A DNA stretch of 45,916 bases, taken from NCBI GenBank assembly GCA_964443315.1, contig CAYUCP010000003.1, positions 1 to 45,916 on the forward strand. Direction: 5' to 3'. This DNA is from an uncultured Gammaproteobacteria bacterium (lineage in GTDB: Bacteria; Patescibacteriota; Patescibacteriia; 2-12-FULL-60-25). Position numbers and translations under genes: made by a program. Under the pieces are notes generated by a model that ran no database searches, was not told the DNA's origin, and saw only the letters and a list, made by a program, of their open reading frames with translations. Positions 26,333 through 34,627 of this stretch are shown here, piece by piece (within the stretch, counting starts at the first letter, position 1; each line of letters begins with the position of its first letter).

Positions 26333-26362
26333 ATTATACACCCGGTTATTGCTTGCTGTCAA
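26333..26362 (-). promoter_or_regulatory. Consensus sigma70-type promoter facing the capsid operon
   Basis: Minus strand reads TTGACA (26362..26357), 18-nt spacer ending in tg, TATAAT (26338..26333). Confidence 0.65.
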
Positions 26363-26391
26363 TTGCTTTTAACTAAATTTTGAGCGATACT
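26363..26391 (+). promoter_or_regulatory. Candidate promoter of the AT-rich moron (leaderless geometry)
   Basis: TTGCTT (26363..26368), 17-nt spacer, GATACT (26386..26391), then 8 nt to the ATG at 26400. Confidence 0.4.
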
Positions 26392-26399
26392 CCCGCTTG

Positions 26400-26762
26400 A
26401 TGAGATTCATTTTTGTTTACATGATTGTTGAATTTTGGAACGCCATCAAAAACACTTATAAAAACGCAAGAATTATAAATGCGCAACTCGAAATTATTAG
26501 AAATACCAGCAATTCTTCCGAAGAATTAAATCGTTTTATTTTTATCAAGTTGCGCCAAATGGATTGCATGGGGTTAATAAACGCTGGATACAGACTCATG
26601 GTCTGGTACGACGACGAAGATAATGAGTGGAAATCTATTCCTATCAATCACGGCATGGCAAATAATTTACAGGGTGAAGTTAATTGGTGGAAGCACTACG
26701 CGATAACAACCAAGAAAAATGCGATGCTGGTATTGCGCGGCAAGAACGCAAATTCCATTTAG
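26400..26762 (+). CDS. AT-rich opposite-strand moron, unknown function (120 aa)
   Basis: The only plus-strand ORF inside the leftward structural operon. Visibly AT-rich with Asn/Ile/Lys-rich codon use. N-terminus MRFIFVYMIVEFW is hydrophobic. Confidence 0.6.
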   Translation: MRFIFVYMIVEFWNAIKNTYKNARIINAQLEIIRNTSNSSEELNRFIFIKLRQMDCMGLINAGYRLMVWYDDEDNEWKSIPINHGMANNLQGEVNWWKHYAITTKKNAMLVLRGKNANSI

Positions 26763-26932
26763 GACTTTGACGCGTGCTCAAATTCACCATTTGCATTGCA
26801 TGGCATTTCTGAAATTGGCGTCCCGCCCATACTGGATAGCAACCCCGCGCGAACGCGCCCCAGCCGCGCCAGTGCGTCTCGATGCGCCTGAATCTCAGCC
26901 TCGATAGCCCGCAAAAGGTCGCTATCACTCAT
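26759..26932 (-). CDS. Small coiled-coil protein (57 aa)
   Basis: MSDSDLLRAIEAEIQAHRDALARLGRVRAGLL...; ATGA overlap with the MuF-like gene; its stop codon overlaps the moron's stop (tTTAGg). Confidence 0.5.
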   Translation of the reverse strand: MSDSDLLRAIEAEIQAHRDALARLGRVRAGLLSSMGGTPISEMPCNANGEFEHASKS

Positions 26933-27780
26933 CGCCTGCTCCTCGCGTGCGCCGGGTGTATTTCTTTCCGGCTACCATCCTGCCGCGCGTTTAGTTCCGC
27001 CCGCGCGGCCTCGCGCATCGAGCGCGTCAATGCGTCATCCGCCGCGTCCGCCCTGACCAAAGCGGTGGCCGTTCTGCAATTCCAATGAAACGGCGGGGCA
27101 TGAACATGGTCTGCAAATCGCGGCGTTCCCGTCAGGGTGAAATCACCGTCCAATGTGGCAATCTGGCCGTTTACGCGCAGACAACAATCGGTAGTGCGCT
27201 CATCAATAGCCGCCACTGCCTGTCGCACGTATACATCCGCGCCGCGCTCACTTTTTGCGTTCGGCAATGCGGATCGAAACACCATTCCAACGAGAATGGC
27301 CGCCCACTTTGCCGCCTCCACCGTAATTACGCCAGGCGTAACAATTCCCGCGCGGGTGTCATCTCCCAGCAACAAAGAAATATCCGGCGTCCCACTGAGA
27401 ATCAACGCCGCCGCGCCCTGCAATTGCGCGTCTACTGCGCTCATCAACGCGGCGTATATGTCCGTTTTAGCAATTGGCGCGGCCTCGACCGGCGCAATTC
27501 CAAGCGCGGCCAATTGCTTCTCGGCCTGCCATCGCCCCAGCTCCTCGCTTTTGGTCAACATGTTCCCGATGACGGCATACAACTGTTCGCGCAATGTCCG
27601 CAAAGTGTCCAACGCAGCGGACTCATTTTGCAGATTGTGCAACAATGCCGCGCGCGCCATGCGATAAAGCCGCACGATACTCCCGTGCGGGTTGCTGGCA
27701 TTCCCCAACCCATCAAATATCGCGCCAAGTTTGTCGTTGGCATCCAGCGCGGCATTTACGGCTTTTTCGTGCGCGTTCAT
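26929..27780 (-). CDS. Head morphogenesis protein (Mu F / SPP1 gp7 family)
   Basis: C-terminal motif CCLRVNGQIATLDGDF...PPFHWNCRTA; lies directly after the portal gene. Confidence 0.8.
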   Translation of the reverse strand: MNAHEKAVNAALDANDKLGAIFDGLGNASNPHGSIVRLYRMARAALLHNLQNESAALDTLRTLREQLYAVIGNMLTKSEELGRWQAEKQLAALGIAPVEAAPIAKTDIYAALMSAVDAQLQGAAALILSGTPDISLLLGDDTRAGIVTPGVITVEAAKWAAILVGMVFRSALPNAKSERGADVYVRQAVAAIDERTTDCCLRVNGQIATLDGDFTLTGTPRFADHVHAPPFHWNCRTATALVRADAADDALTRSMREAARAELNARQDGSRKEIHPAHARSRR

Positions 27781-29187
27781 TTATCCCTGCTGGCTGGTCA
27801 GCCCCATGCTGGTTAGTTTCTGGCGGCTGGCATAAGACGGCATGACCTTAAATCCTTCAATCTGCGCGTCTGAATAGCCAAGTTCGCTCCATATCTGCTC
27901 GTCCGGCACACCCAGTAGTTTCTTTTCTTTCGCGGCGGCAATTCGTTCGGTTTCTGGTATTTTGCGCGCGGTTTCCCACTGCACTTTTATATCCCCATCC
28001 GGCAATGCCTTCCCGCCAAAAGTGCGGTCAATTTCACGCGCCATGTAAAGCGCGTCATCCCACGCATCCCCAAACCGCGCCTGTCGCTTTACACACTTCG
28101 CAATCAAAGGCTCGTCCTGCTGGCGCAGAGTATCAGCCGAAGCAATTTGTCCCGAAACCATAAAGCGATACATCGGTGTATCAGTCACAGTGGCCGCGTA
28201 AAAAATAAACTCGCGCACAATGTCTATATGCGGTGATAAAGATGCGCCCTCAATGGCCTGAAACGTGGCCTCCCCCGGCCCCTTCGTCCCGTTTCCAATA
28301 ACATGCCCCGGCTTCAACCCCAGCGCGTTCGAGCCATCCGCCGCCGGAGGCTTGCCGTCCGTTGTCGGATACCATCCCATCGCCACAAAAATTCTAAACG
28401 CAGAATATCTGGACGACCCCAGCAGGTCATATACCGCGTTCACAATATCGTCCTGTGTTCCGAATGCATCCAGCGCATATGGCCGCATGGAGCGTTCCGA
28501 GAAATGAATTACCGGAACACCCAGTGGTTCTCCCTTCGCGTTTACCCACCCCAGCGGCCAGCTTACATCCTCCGCGTCCCGAAGCGGAACAAGCCCGCTC
28601 CCTGTATCCTCATATTTCTCTATTCGGTCTGGGTAATACTCGGTAAGCCGAAGCCGCGTATCGCCGTTGTCCAATTCCTCGCGCCAGCGTTTTGAGGCGC
28701 GGATGACCGGCTGGTTTTCGTCATCGTTTTCGTAAAACACCTTGCAGCCAAACTCATCACCGCCAGCCGCGCCGCATGTAAATCTTGGGTGAGGGGTAAG
28801 GCGGGCGCGAGCGTTTTTTGCATCCCAGTCCACAATCACAAACGCCTCTCCATCGTTTACCGCGTTGTGATATACGTCGTCCTGCTGTATCGCCATTCTG
28901 TTGTCGCGCCAGAGCCTCCATGCCCACGCTTTAAGCTCGCTGTTATCCGCTTCAACATCAAACACGTTAAGACGTTCGGTGATCGCCGAGACAATGATCC
29001 GAATGATGTTCATCCTGCGCTTCACATCATCCGCCGTTTCCATTCCCAGCGCGTTCATTATTTTGACGCTTGGAATTGGCATTTTATCCCCATCAAAATA
29101 CGCGCGAGCCTGCACAACTTCATGCTGACGCGATATTTCTTCCGCGCTGCGCCACGCAGCATACGCGGCTTTTGCTAAATTGTTCAT
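27781..29187 (-). CDS. Portal protein
   Basis: 468 aa, between terminase large subunit and the MuF-like gene. Confidence 0.85.
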   Translation of the reverse strand: MNNLAKAAYAAWRSAEEISRQHEVVQARAYFDGDKMPIPSVKIMNALGMETADDVKRRMNIIRIIVSAITERLNVFDVEADNSELKAWAWRLWRDNRMAIQQDDVYHNAVNDGEAFVIVDWDAKNARARLTPHPRFTCGAAGGDEFGCKVFYENDDENQPVIRASKRWREELDNGDTRLRLTEYYPDRIEKYEDTGSGLVPLRDAEDVSWPLGWVNAKGEPLGVPVIHFSERSMRPYALDAFGTQDDIVNAVYDLLGSSRYSAFRIFVAMGWYPTTDGKPPAADGSNALGLKPGHVIGNGTKGPGEATFQAIEGASLSPHIDIVREFIFYAATVTDTPMYRFMVSGQIASADTLRQQDEPLIAKCVKRQARFGDAWDDALYMAREIDRTFGGKALPDGDIKVQWETARKIPETERIAAAKEKKLLGVPDEQIWSELGYSDAQIEGFKVMPSYASRQKLTSMGLTSQQG

Positions 29188-29190
29188 TTT

Positions 29191-30579
29191 TTACACCTCG
29201 AAATTTCCCCCGCCATACCCAGCGGACATCACCATATAACGAAGAGCGTCATAAAGATCGTCTCCTCCCTCGCCGTCTTCGTCCACATTTGTTTTCAGCA
29301 CATCCTCCGGCCTGTTTGGGTCGTGCTGCATGGCTTGCAACGTCTCAATCGTTCTGGCGCAATTGCCTGAAATAAATAAACGCGGCCTGATTTGCCGCTC
29401 AGCATCCCCAAACAATTGAAGTATTCGTCCCGCCCCAGCCACGCGGTCTGTATTCGCCCGCTGTATCGGAATCCCGTTCTGCTCATACTCCGCGGCAATC
29501 GTCACATCTGAGCGGATTTTGCTAAAAAAATCTGACCCGCCATAGGTGGCATGAACGCGATCCATGCCGACCCCCATTCGCCCCCATAAACCGCGAATAG
29601 ACTGCGCGTGAAATTCCGGCAACTTCTTCGCCTCGGCGTGTTCTCCGAGCGCGTATATGTTGCCCTCGTTGTCCATCGCCCCCGCCACGTAAGCGGTAAA
29701 GTGAGTAAATCCGTAGTCCAGACCACCCCACAAAAGCCAGTCGATGGGAATATATTCCAGCGGCTTGACCACATGAATATCAGCGCGAAAGTTTGTAAAA
29801 AATTGCCCCGCCTCAATATCCCAATCGCCATACCGCCATGCCTTAAGAAGCCATCCGGTGTAACTATCCAGCGTTTTGCGATACTCCGGGTTCACAAATG
29901 CGTTGTCGTCTATTGTGGCCGGAATAAATCGCGTCTCGGTCTGTTTTCCTTTGCGAAATGACTCAATAAACATGCGCTTAAACCACGCATGCCCAATCCC
30001 GCCGGGGTTGGTGGTGAAATAAATACGCGGACGCCAGCCGTCTTTTGACGTGCGGATGACCGAGCGGATGGAGCGCATTTTTGCGTTAGATAGCGTTGTC
30101 GCCTCTTCAATTACCGCCGCGTCATATTCAATCCCTAGATAAGCGTCAATGTCGCTCTCGTTTTTGAAGTGGCCGAGAATAACCCTGCTCCCATTGTCAA
30201 ATTTTAGGACGCCCTCATGCGCCTTGTATTCGTGCGCAAGCCCGCCATATACACGCGGGAACACATCAGAGAATGCCTCACGCGCAGATTTCATCACCTT
30301 GCGAAGATACAAAAACTTGAGGCCAGGGTAACGCTGGCAGTCGTCTGCCCCCATTTGCGCAAATGCCCAGTGCGTTTTGCCCCCGCCGCGCGCGCCGCCA
30401 ACTCCAACCATCACCGGCCCGTCTGGCGCATCGCATTCTCGTGCCGCCGCCGCCATTGCCAGTTGGCGCGGTTGCAGCACTACCCCCGCTTTGTAGAAGT
30501 TTTCCATCTGCTCGCGCGGGCATCCGGCGAAGCGTCCCGCATCAACGTAGCGCGAGATGCTATCCATTCGCGCCACCAT
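29191..30579 (-). CDS. terL: Terminase large subunit
   Basis: Walker A VGGARGGGKTH; size and position fit; the start may be M5 at 30567. Confidence 0.85.
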   Translation of the reverse strand: MVARMDSISRYVDAGRFAGCPREQMENFYKAGVVLQPRQLAMAAAARECDAPDGPVMVGVGGARGGGKTHWAFAQMGADDCQRYPGLKFLYLRKVMKSAREAFSDVFPRVYGGLAHEYKAHEGVLKFDNGSRVILGHFKNESDIDAYLGIEYDAAVIEEATTLSNAKMRSIRSVIRTSKDGWRPRIYFTTNPGGIGHAWFKRMFIESFRKGKQTETRFIPATIDDNAFVNPEYRKTLDSYTGWLLKAWRYGDWDIEAGQFFTNFRADIHVVKPLEYIPIDWLLWGGLDYGFTHFTAYVAGAMDNEGNIYALGEHAEAKKLPEFHAQSIRGLWGRMGVGMDRVHATYGGSDFFSKIRSDVTIAAEYEQNGIPIQRANTDRVAGAGRILQLFGDAERQIRPRLFISGNCARTIETLQAMQHDPNRPEDVLKTNVDEDGEGGDDLYDALRYMVMSAGYGGGNFEV

Positions 30580-31162
30580 AAATCTTATTAAGCGCGGCGG
30601 TAAACTCCGGCGACAATCCGCCCTGCACCTTTACCGCCCCGCCGTCCTTGCCGGTGAGTTCCTGACGGGTTACGCCAACGGGCATTTCAAGAACGCCGCG
30701 CATAAATTCGCGGGCGGTTTTCAGCATATCCGCCGCCTTTCCAAATTCACTGGCATGGGCGGGCGCAAACACAATCGGGCGTCCTTGCTCGTCCTTTGCC
30801 GTCGCCATGCGCTCGTTTAAGGCAAGCAGCTTTAGCGCCTTTGTTTCAAGCGCGTCCGCATGCCGCAGCTCCCGGTCTAATTGCTCCTCGCGCAATCTCT
30901 CGCGCCGAATAGCCCATTTCCGTTCCCGCTTTTCGCGTTCCTGCTGGCGGATGGCGGCCATGTGCGCATCGTAGGCGGCGGAACGGTCAACCCAATCGTG
31001 GCGCGTTGACCACGTGCGCCAAGTGCCGTTTGTCTTTCCGTTTTTATTCCGCTTTTGATACGCCGCATCAATACTGCGCTCGTCAAATTCAAGCGTGTAA
31101 TAAGCCTCAAACGCGGCATAGGCTTCTTTGCTCTCGCCCTTGCGCCGCTCCCATGCGTTCAT
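30560..31162 (-). CDS. terS: Terminase small subunit (putative)
   Basis: 200 aa, basic coiled-coil centre, immediately upstream of and overlapping terL. Confidence 0.55.
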   Translation of the reverse strand: MNAWERRKGESKEAYAAFEAYYTLEFDERSIDAAYQKRNKNGKTNGTWRTWSTRHDWVDRSAAYDAHMAAIRQQEREKRERKWAIRRERLREEQLDRELRHADALETKALKLLALNERMATAKDEQGRPIVFAPAHASEFGKAADMLKTAREFMRGVLEMPVGVTRQELTGKDGGAVKVQGGLSPEFTAALNKIYGGANG

Positions 31163-32709
31163 TGTAATAATTTAGGCGTTTTCCCGGTTGCGTCGACCCA
31201 CCGCTGCAACGCAACTGCCACATAGGCTGGAGAGATTTCTATGGCGCGGCATTTGCGGCCTGTATTTTCTGCACCCATTAAAGTTGACCCACTGCCTCCG
31301 AAAGGCTCCACGCATATTCCGCCCTTGGGCAAACTTGAAAGCATGACGCGCTTCATCATCTCAACGGGTTTCGGCGTGGCGTGGCCGTGGCGTTCTTCTC
31401 CAGTGACGCGAGGAAATGACCAAACATCTGCCATGTTGTCGTGCGTGTTGTCGAAGTGTGCGCGTGTTGAATAAAATTCCCGCTTGAGGTCGTCGTATTC
31501 CCGCTTGAGGTCGTCGTATTCCCGCTTGAAAGCGTCGTATTCCCGCGCTTCTTTTTGCAATCTTTTATATTGGTCTTCCGTTGGAAAACTCCACTGGCTT
31601 TTACTAAACCAATGGTCTGCCATTCTTGGATGAAAACCAAAAAAGTCGGCGACCACTTTATTTGTCCACCCAACCTTTTTTCTTTCTCCGTCAAGATATA
31701 ACCGTATTTTTTCAAACCCCTCCCAATAGTTGTCCGCGTTGTTATTAAATCCCTGCTCGCCAAGCATGAAGAAAAGGCACCGCTCCGACACGGTTGGAAA
31801 CATTCGATGATCGGCGGAGCCTATGCCTTGCCCGTGGCCCTTATCCCACACGATTTCGTTGCGCATCGTTAGGCGCTCGCTGTTTTTTAGCCCGCCGCAA
31901 TACCAGAGTCGCCAGAGGTTTTCAGCGTTTCCCCAGATGTAAGCGCTGGCGTTGTCTTCGGTGTGTGGCCGAAAGGCTTGCCACCATGCCATTTGGAAGG
32001 CGTCCAACTCCTCGCGGTAGAGGTTGTCATTTTCTACCCCGTCCTTTTCTTTTCCCATTCCATACGGCGGGTCTGCGTGAATGAGTTGCGCCTTCTCTCC
32101 GCGCATAAGGTTCGCCACATCCTCCTTCTTCGTGCTATCCCCGCACAGCAACCGATGGTCGCCAAGCTCCCAAAGCTGCCCCGTCTCGACACCCCACTTG
32201 GCGCGGAGTTCTTCGGCTTTGTCAATTTGCGGTTCTGCGTCAACGTTGCTATTTCCGCCCGTATTGCTCTCTTCCTCTTGCGCGGATTCAATCATCGCCT
32301 TTAGTTCATCATCACGCACAAAATCGCTCAAATCATCTGCCTGCGCCGCTGACAGCAACGCCTGAGCGTCCCACGCCAAATTTTGCGCCCCAACCTGATT
32401 GTCCGCAAATGCCAGTTGCCGCGCGCGCGGGTCGTCTGGGTCGGCCATATCCAAATCCGTGCGTTGCACCACAATTAACTCCGTCCCATCCGTCTCAATT
32501 ACGCGCACCTTGCCTATGCCCAATTCGCCAGCCACTTCGGTGGTTTTATTGCCCGCAATCAGTGTTCCATTTTTGTCCGCCAGAACCGAGCGGCCAAGCC
32601 CCAGCTTGCTCACGGACGTTTCCAGTAAATAACGCCCGCGTTCCGTGCCTTTATTGAGATTGGCTGCGTCTGGCGTCAAATCGGCAATGGTTTTAATCTT
32701 TTTGGTCAT
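31159..32709 (-). CDS. ParB-like N-terminal domain fused to an N4/N6 DNA methyltransferase
   Basis: Start at MTKKIKTIADL (ATGA overlap upstream). IHADPPYGMGKE (motif IV) and EPFGGSGSTLMGAE (AdoMet site). The N-terminal about 150 aa are ParB-like (GLGRSVLADKNGTLIAGNKTTEVAGELG). Confidence 0.8.
   Translation of the reverse strand: MTKKIKTIADLTPDAANLNKGTERGRYLLETSVSKLGLGRSVLADKNGTLIAGNKTTEVAGELGIGKVRVIETDGTELIVVQRTDLDMADPDDPRARQLAFADNQVGAQNLAWDAQALLSAAQADDLSDFVRDDELKAMIESAQEEESNTGGNSNVDAEPQIDKAEELRAKWGVETGQLWELGDHRLLCGDSTKKEDVANLMRGEKAQLIHADPPYGMGKEKDGVENDNLYREELDAFQMAWWQAFRPHTEDNASAYIWGNAENLWRLWYCGGLKNSERLTMRNEIVWDKGHGQGIGSADHRMFPTVSERCLFFMLGEQGFNNNADNYWEGFEKIRLYLDGERKKVGWTNKVVADFFGFHPRMADHWFSKSQWSFPTEDQYKRLQKEAREYDAFKREYDDLKREYDDLKREFYSTRAHFDNTHDNMADVWSFPRVTGEERHGHATPKPVEMMKRVMLSSLPKGGICVEPFGGSGSTLMGAENTGRKCRAIEISPAYVAVALQRWVDATGKTPKLLQ
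31479..31541. repeat. 21-bp tandem repeat x3 inside the methyltransferase gene
   Basis: cccgcttgaggtcgtcgtatt twice, then cccgcttgaaagcgtcgtatt; encodes KREYDAF-KREYDDL-KREYDDL. Confidence 0.95.
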
Positions 32710-32987
32710 CTGGCTGTTTCCTTCTCCAAGATTTTTATCGCCTCGCCCGCGCCAAACACCACAAACACGGACGCCCGCGCCTCGTTGTGCCACCTCGCTT
32801 CGTCTGGCGTGAGTTTCCCGCCGGGCGACTTCACCTCGAACACAAACCACTTGCCGCGAAACGAGACCAGCAAGTCCGGGCACCCATCGCCTATATTTGC
32901 AATAGATTGCACGAATGCACCCATGTCACGTAATGCGCGCACAATCTCGGACTGGTTAGCGTCAACTTTTCCGTATATGCGCATCAT
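32706..32987 (-). CDS. VRR-NUC / PD-(D/E)xK nuclease
   Basis: GCPDLLVSFRGKWFVFEVKSPGGKLTPDEARW; start coupled to the lysin stop. Confidence 0.65.
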   Translation of the reverse strand: MMRIYGKVDANQSEIVRALRDMGAFVQSIANIGDGCPDLLVSFRGKWFVFEVKSPGGKLTPDEARWHNEARASVFVVFGAGEAIKILEKETAR

Positions 32988-34627
32988 TACCCCTTTGGCT
33001 TCATCGCCTTGCGCAATGCCCGCGCCCCAACCCATGCGCCGGCCTTCACAAACGGCGCTGGGCCAAATCTGCGGACGTCATAGCCATTGGCCCAGCGCGG
33101 GTCACCGTTATTGCCGTAACAAAATATCGCACCACCGCGCACAGGCGATGGATACTCGCGCCCGTCCACCACCACCGGACGGGATTGAATCTCTACCACC
33201 CGCGCGATGTGTTTTGTTACATCTTCAGTGGTTGCTTTGTGCGCGGGCAGTCCGCCCACGCCCTCCTCATCCACGCCGCACTCACCAAAGAACACACCCT
33301 GCCCCTTGTCCGGCGCAAACCCGCACACGGTAAAGTAAAACTGCCAGCGGCGTTCGTGCCAGACCAAATCTTCGTCGTAAATATGCGCCATGCTCGGCGC
33401 GTAGGCGTGATAGTCAAGTCCAATTTCGCCCGCGTCCCACAATGGCGTGTAATACTGCCGAATGAGCCGCACGGTGTCGGCGTATTCAGGCGCGCCCAGC
33501 GCAAATTGCGGGTTTCCCACACTGAACGTGCCAAGCGCGATAACAGCCTTGCATTCCATCGCCCGCGCCTTGCGCACGAACTCCACTTCCACCCTCATGC
33601 GCTCTTCCAGCTCGCGCGGCGATGAACCCCAGCTATCGGCCTCGTTGAACAACGTCAAAACCAAATTGGACGGCATATCGGCAGACACGCCAAGAGCGCG
33701 AATAAAGTCGTCCGCCGTCCATCGGGAGTTGCCAATATAGACACGAGACATGCAATACCCGTCGGGGTGATTGCGCGCAAAATCGGCGGCCTCTCTGTTG
33801 GCGCCCATCACCAGCGCGAATTTGCAGCCGGCCCGCTCGGCCTCGGCCAGAGCGCCGGTGTCGGTGATAACGTTCACCCCAACCAAAACCTTGCGCGGCG
33901 CGGCCACAACCGGTGCGGGTTGCGCCGTTCTGGCGGCGAGGTAGTCGGACTTCACCCATCCCTTGGCCCAGCTCGGCGGCTCATCTACAAGCTGAATCCG
34001 CGACCAGCCACTTTGTTCCTCCACCACCGTCATGGCTCGCCCCTCGCCCATCACCCCAATTTTTTGCGCGTTGATGGCTCCAGAGGCGCGGACATTCACA
34101 CCCATACCATCCGTTCCGGTGACAATCAGCGCGGCGGGCAAACTTCGCGCAGTGTCGCGGATGCCAACCTTGACTACAAACCCGCCCCAGTATTTACCCG
34201 CACCGGTTCTGATGGCCGTATCCAGCGTAGCCGCGTCCGCCACATGGTTGCCGTGCGCGGCATACGGGTCATGATATTCGGTGTCGCTCAGGCGCACAAT
34301 CCAGTGCCCAAATGTGCGCCCGCTTTGGTCGTAACGTTGCGCTACTGGCAACATCGCATAGTCAACCAGCGCGATGCAAGGGTAAGGCGCGACAGGCGAA
34401 AGAATCGGGTCGCATCCCATCTTTTTTAGCATGGCCGCCAGTTCATTAGCGGTCGTGCCGTTGTCCTCCGCGTCAATCTGGCGCGCGGTGGGCAGTTCTT
34501 TGCTCCATTGCTCCACCGTGTCGGTCAGCCCCTTGCCGACTGACCGCGCCAGCATGAGGGCGCAAGCCGGGCCGCAGTCGTTGCGCGGCGCATTGTTGAG
34601 CTGAGAAATAAAAGGAACGGTTGTCAT
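32987..34627 (-). CDS. Three-domain lysin: papain-like (C39-like) cysteine peptidase, SH3b, and clan GH-A-like glycoside hydrolase
   Basis: NDCGPACALML...GHWIV for the peptidase. GVNVRASGAINAQKIGVMGEGRAMTVVEEQSGWSRIQL...GWVKSDYL for SH3b. TLFNEADSW and FFGECGVD look like GH-A acid/base and nucleophile motifs. Confidence 0.65.
   Translation of the reverse strand: MTTVPFISQLNNAPRNDCGPACALMLARSVGKGLTDTVEQWSKELPTARQIDAEDNGTTANELAAMLKKMGCDPILSPVAPYPCIALVDYAMLPVAQRYDQSGRTFGHWIVRLSDTEYHDPYAAHGNHVADAATLDTAIRTGAGKYWGGFVVKVGIRDTARSLPAALIVTGTDGMGVNVRASGAINAQKIGVMGEGRAMTVVEEQSGWSRIQLVDEPPSWAKGWVKSDYLAARTAQPAPVVAAPRKVLVGVNVITDTGALAEAERAGCKFALVMGANREAADFARNHPDGYCMSRVYIGNSRWTADDFIRALGVSADMPSNLVLTLFNEADSWGSSPRELEERMRVEVEFVRKARAMECKAVIALGTFSVGNPQFALGAPEYADTVRLIRQYYTPLWDAGEIGLDYHAYAPSMAHIYDEDLVWHERRWQFYFTVCGFAPDKGQGVFFGECGVDEEGVGGLPAHKATTEDVTKHIARVVEIQSRPVVVDGREYPSPVRGGAIFCYGNNGDPRWANGYDVRRFGPAPFVKAGAWVGARALRKAMKPKG

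Noticed and set aside
31159-32883. Long N-terminal extensions offered by the ORF track (for example 32883, 10234, 36716, 38215, 42621, 45020)
   Set aside because: The extended parts overlap the upstream genes, are Arg-rich and begin at alternative codons. Internal ATGs that overlap the upstream stop, or have a Shine-Dalgarno sequence, give sensible N-termini. For 38215 the extension would also run through a terminator hairpin.
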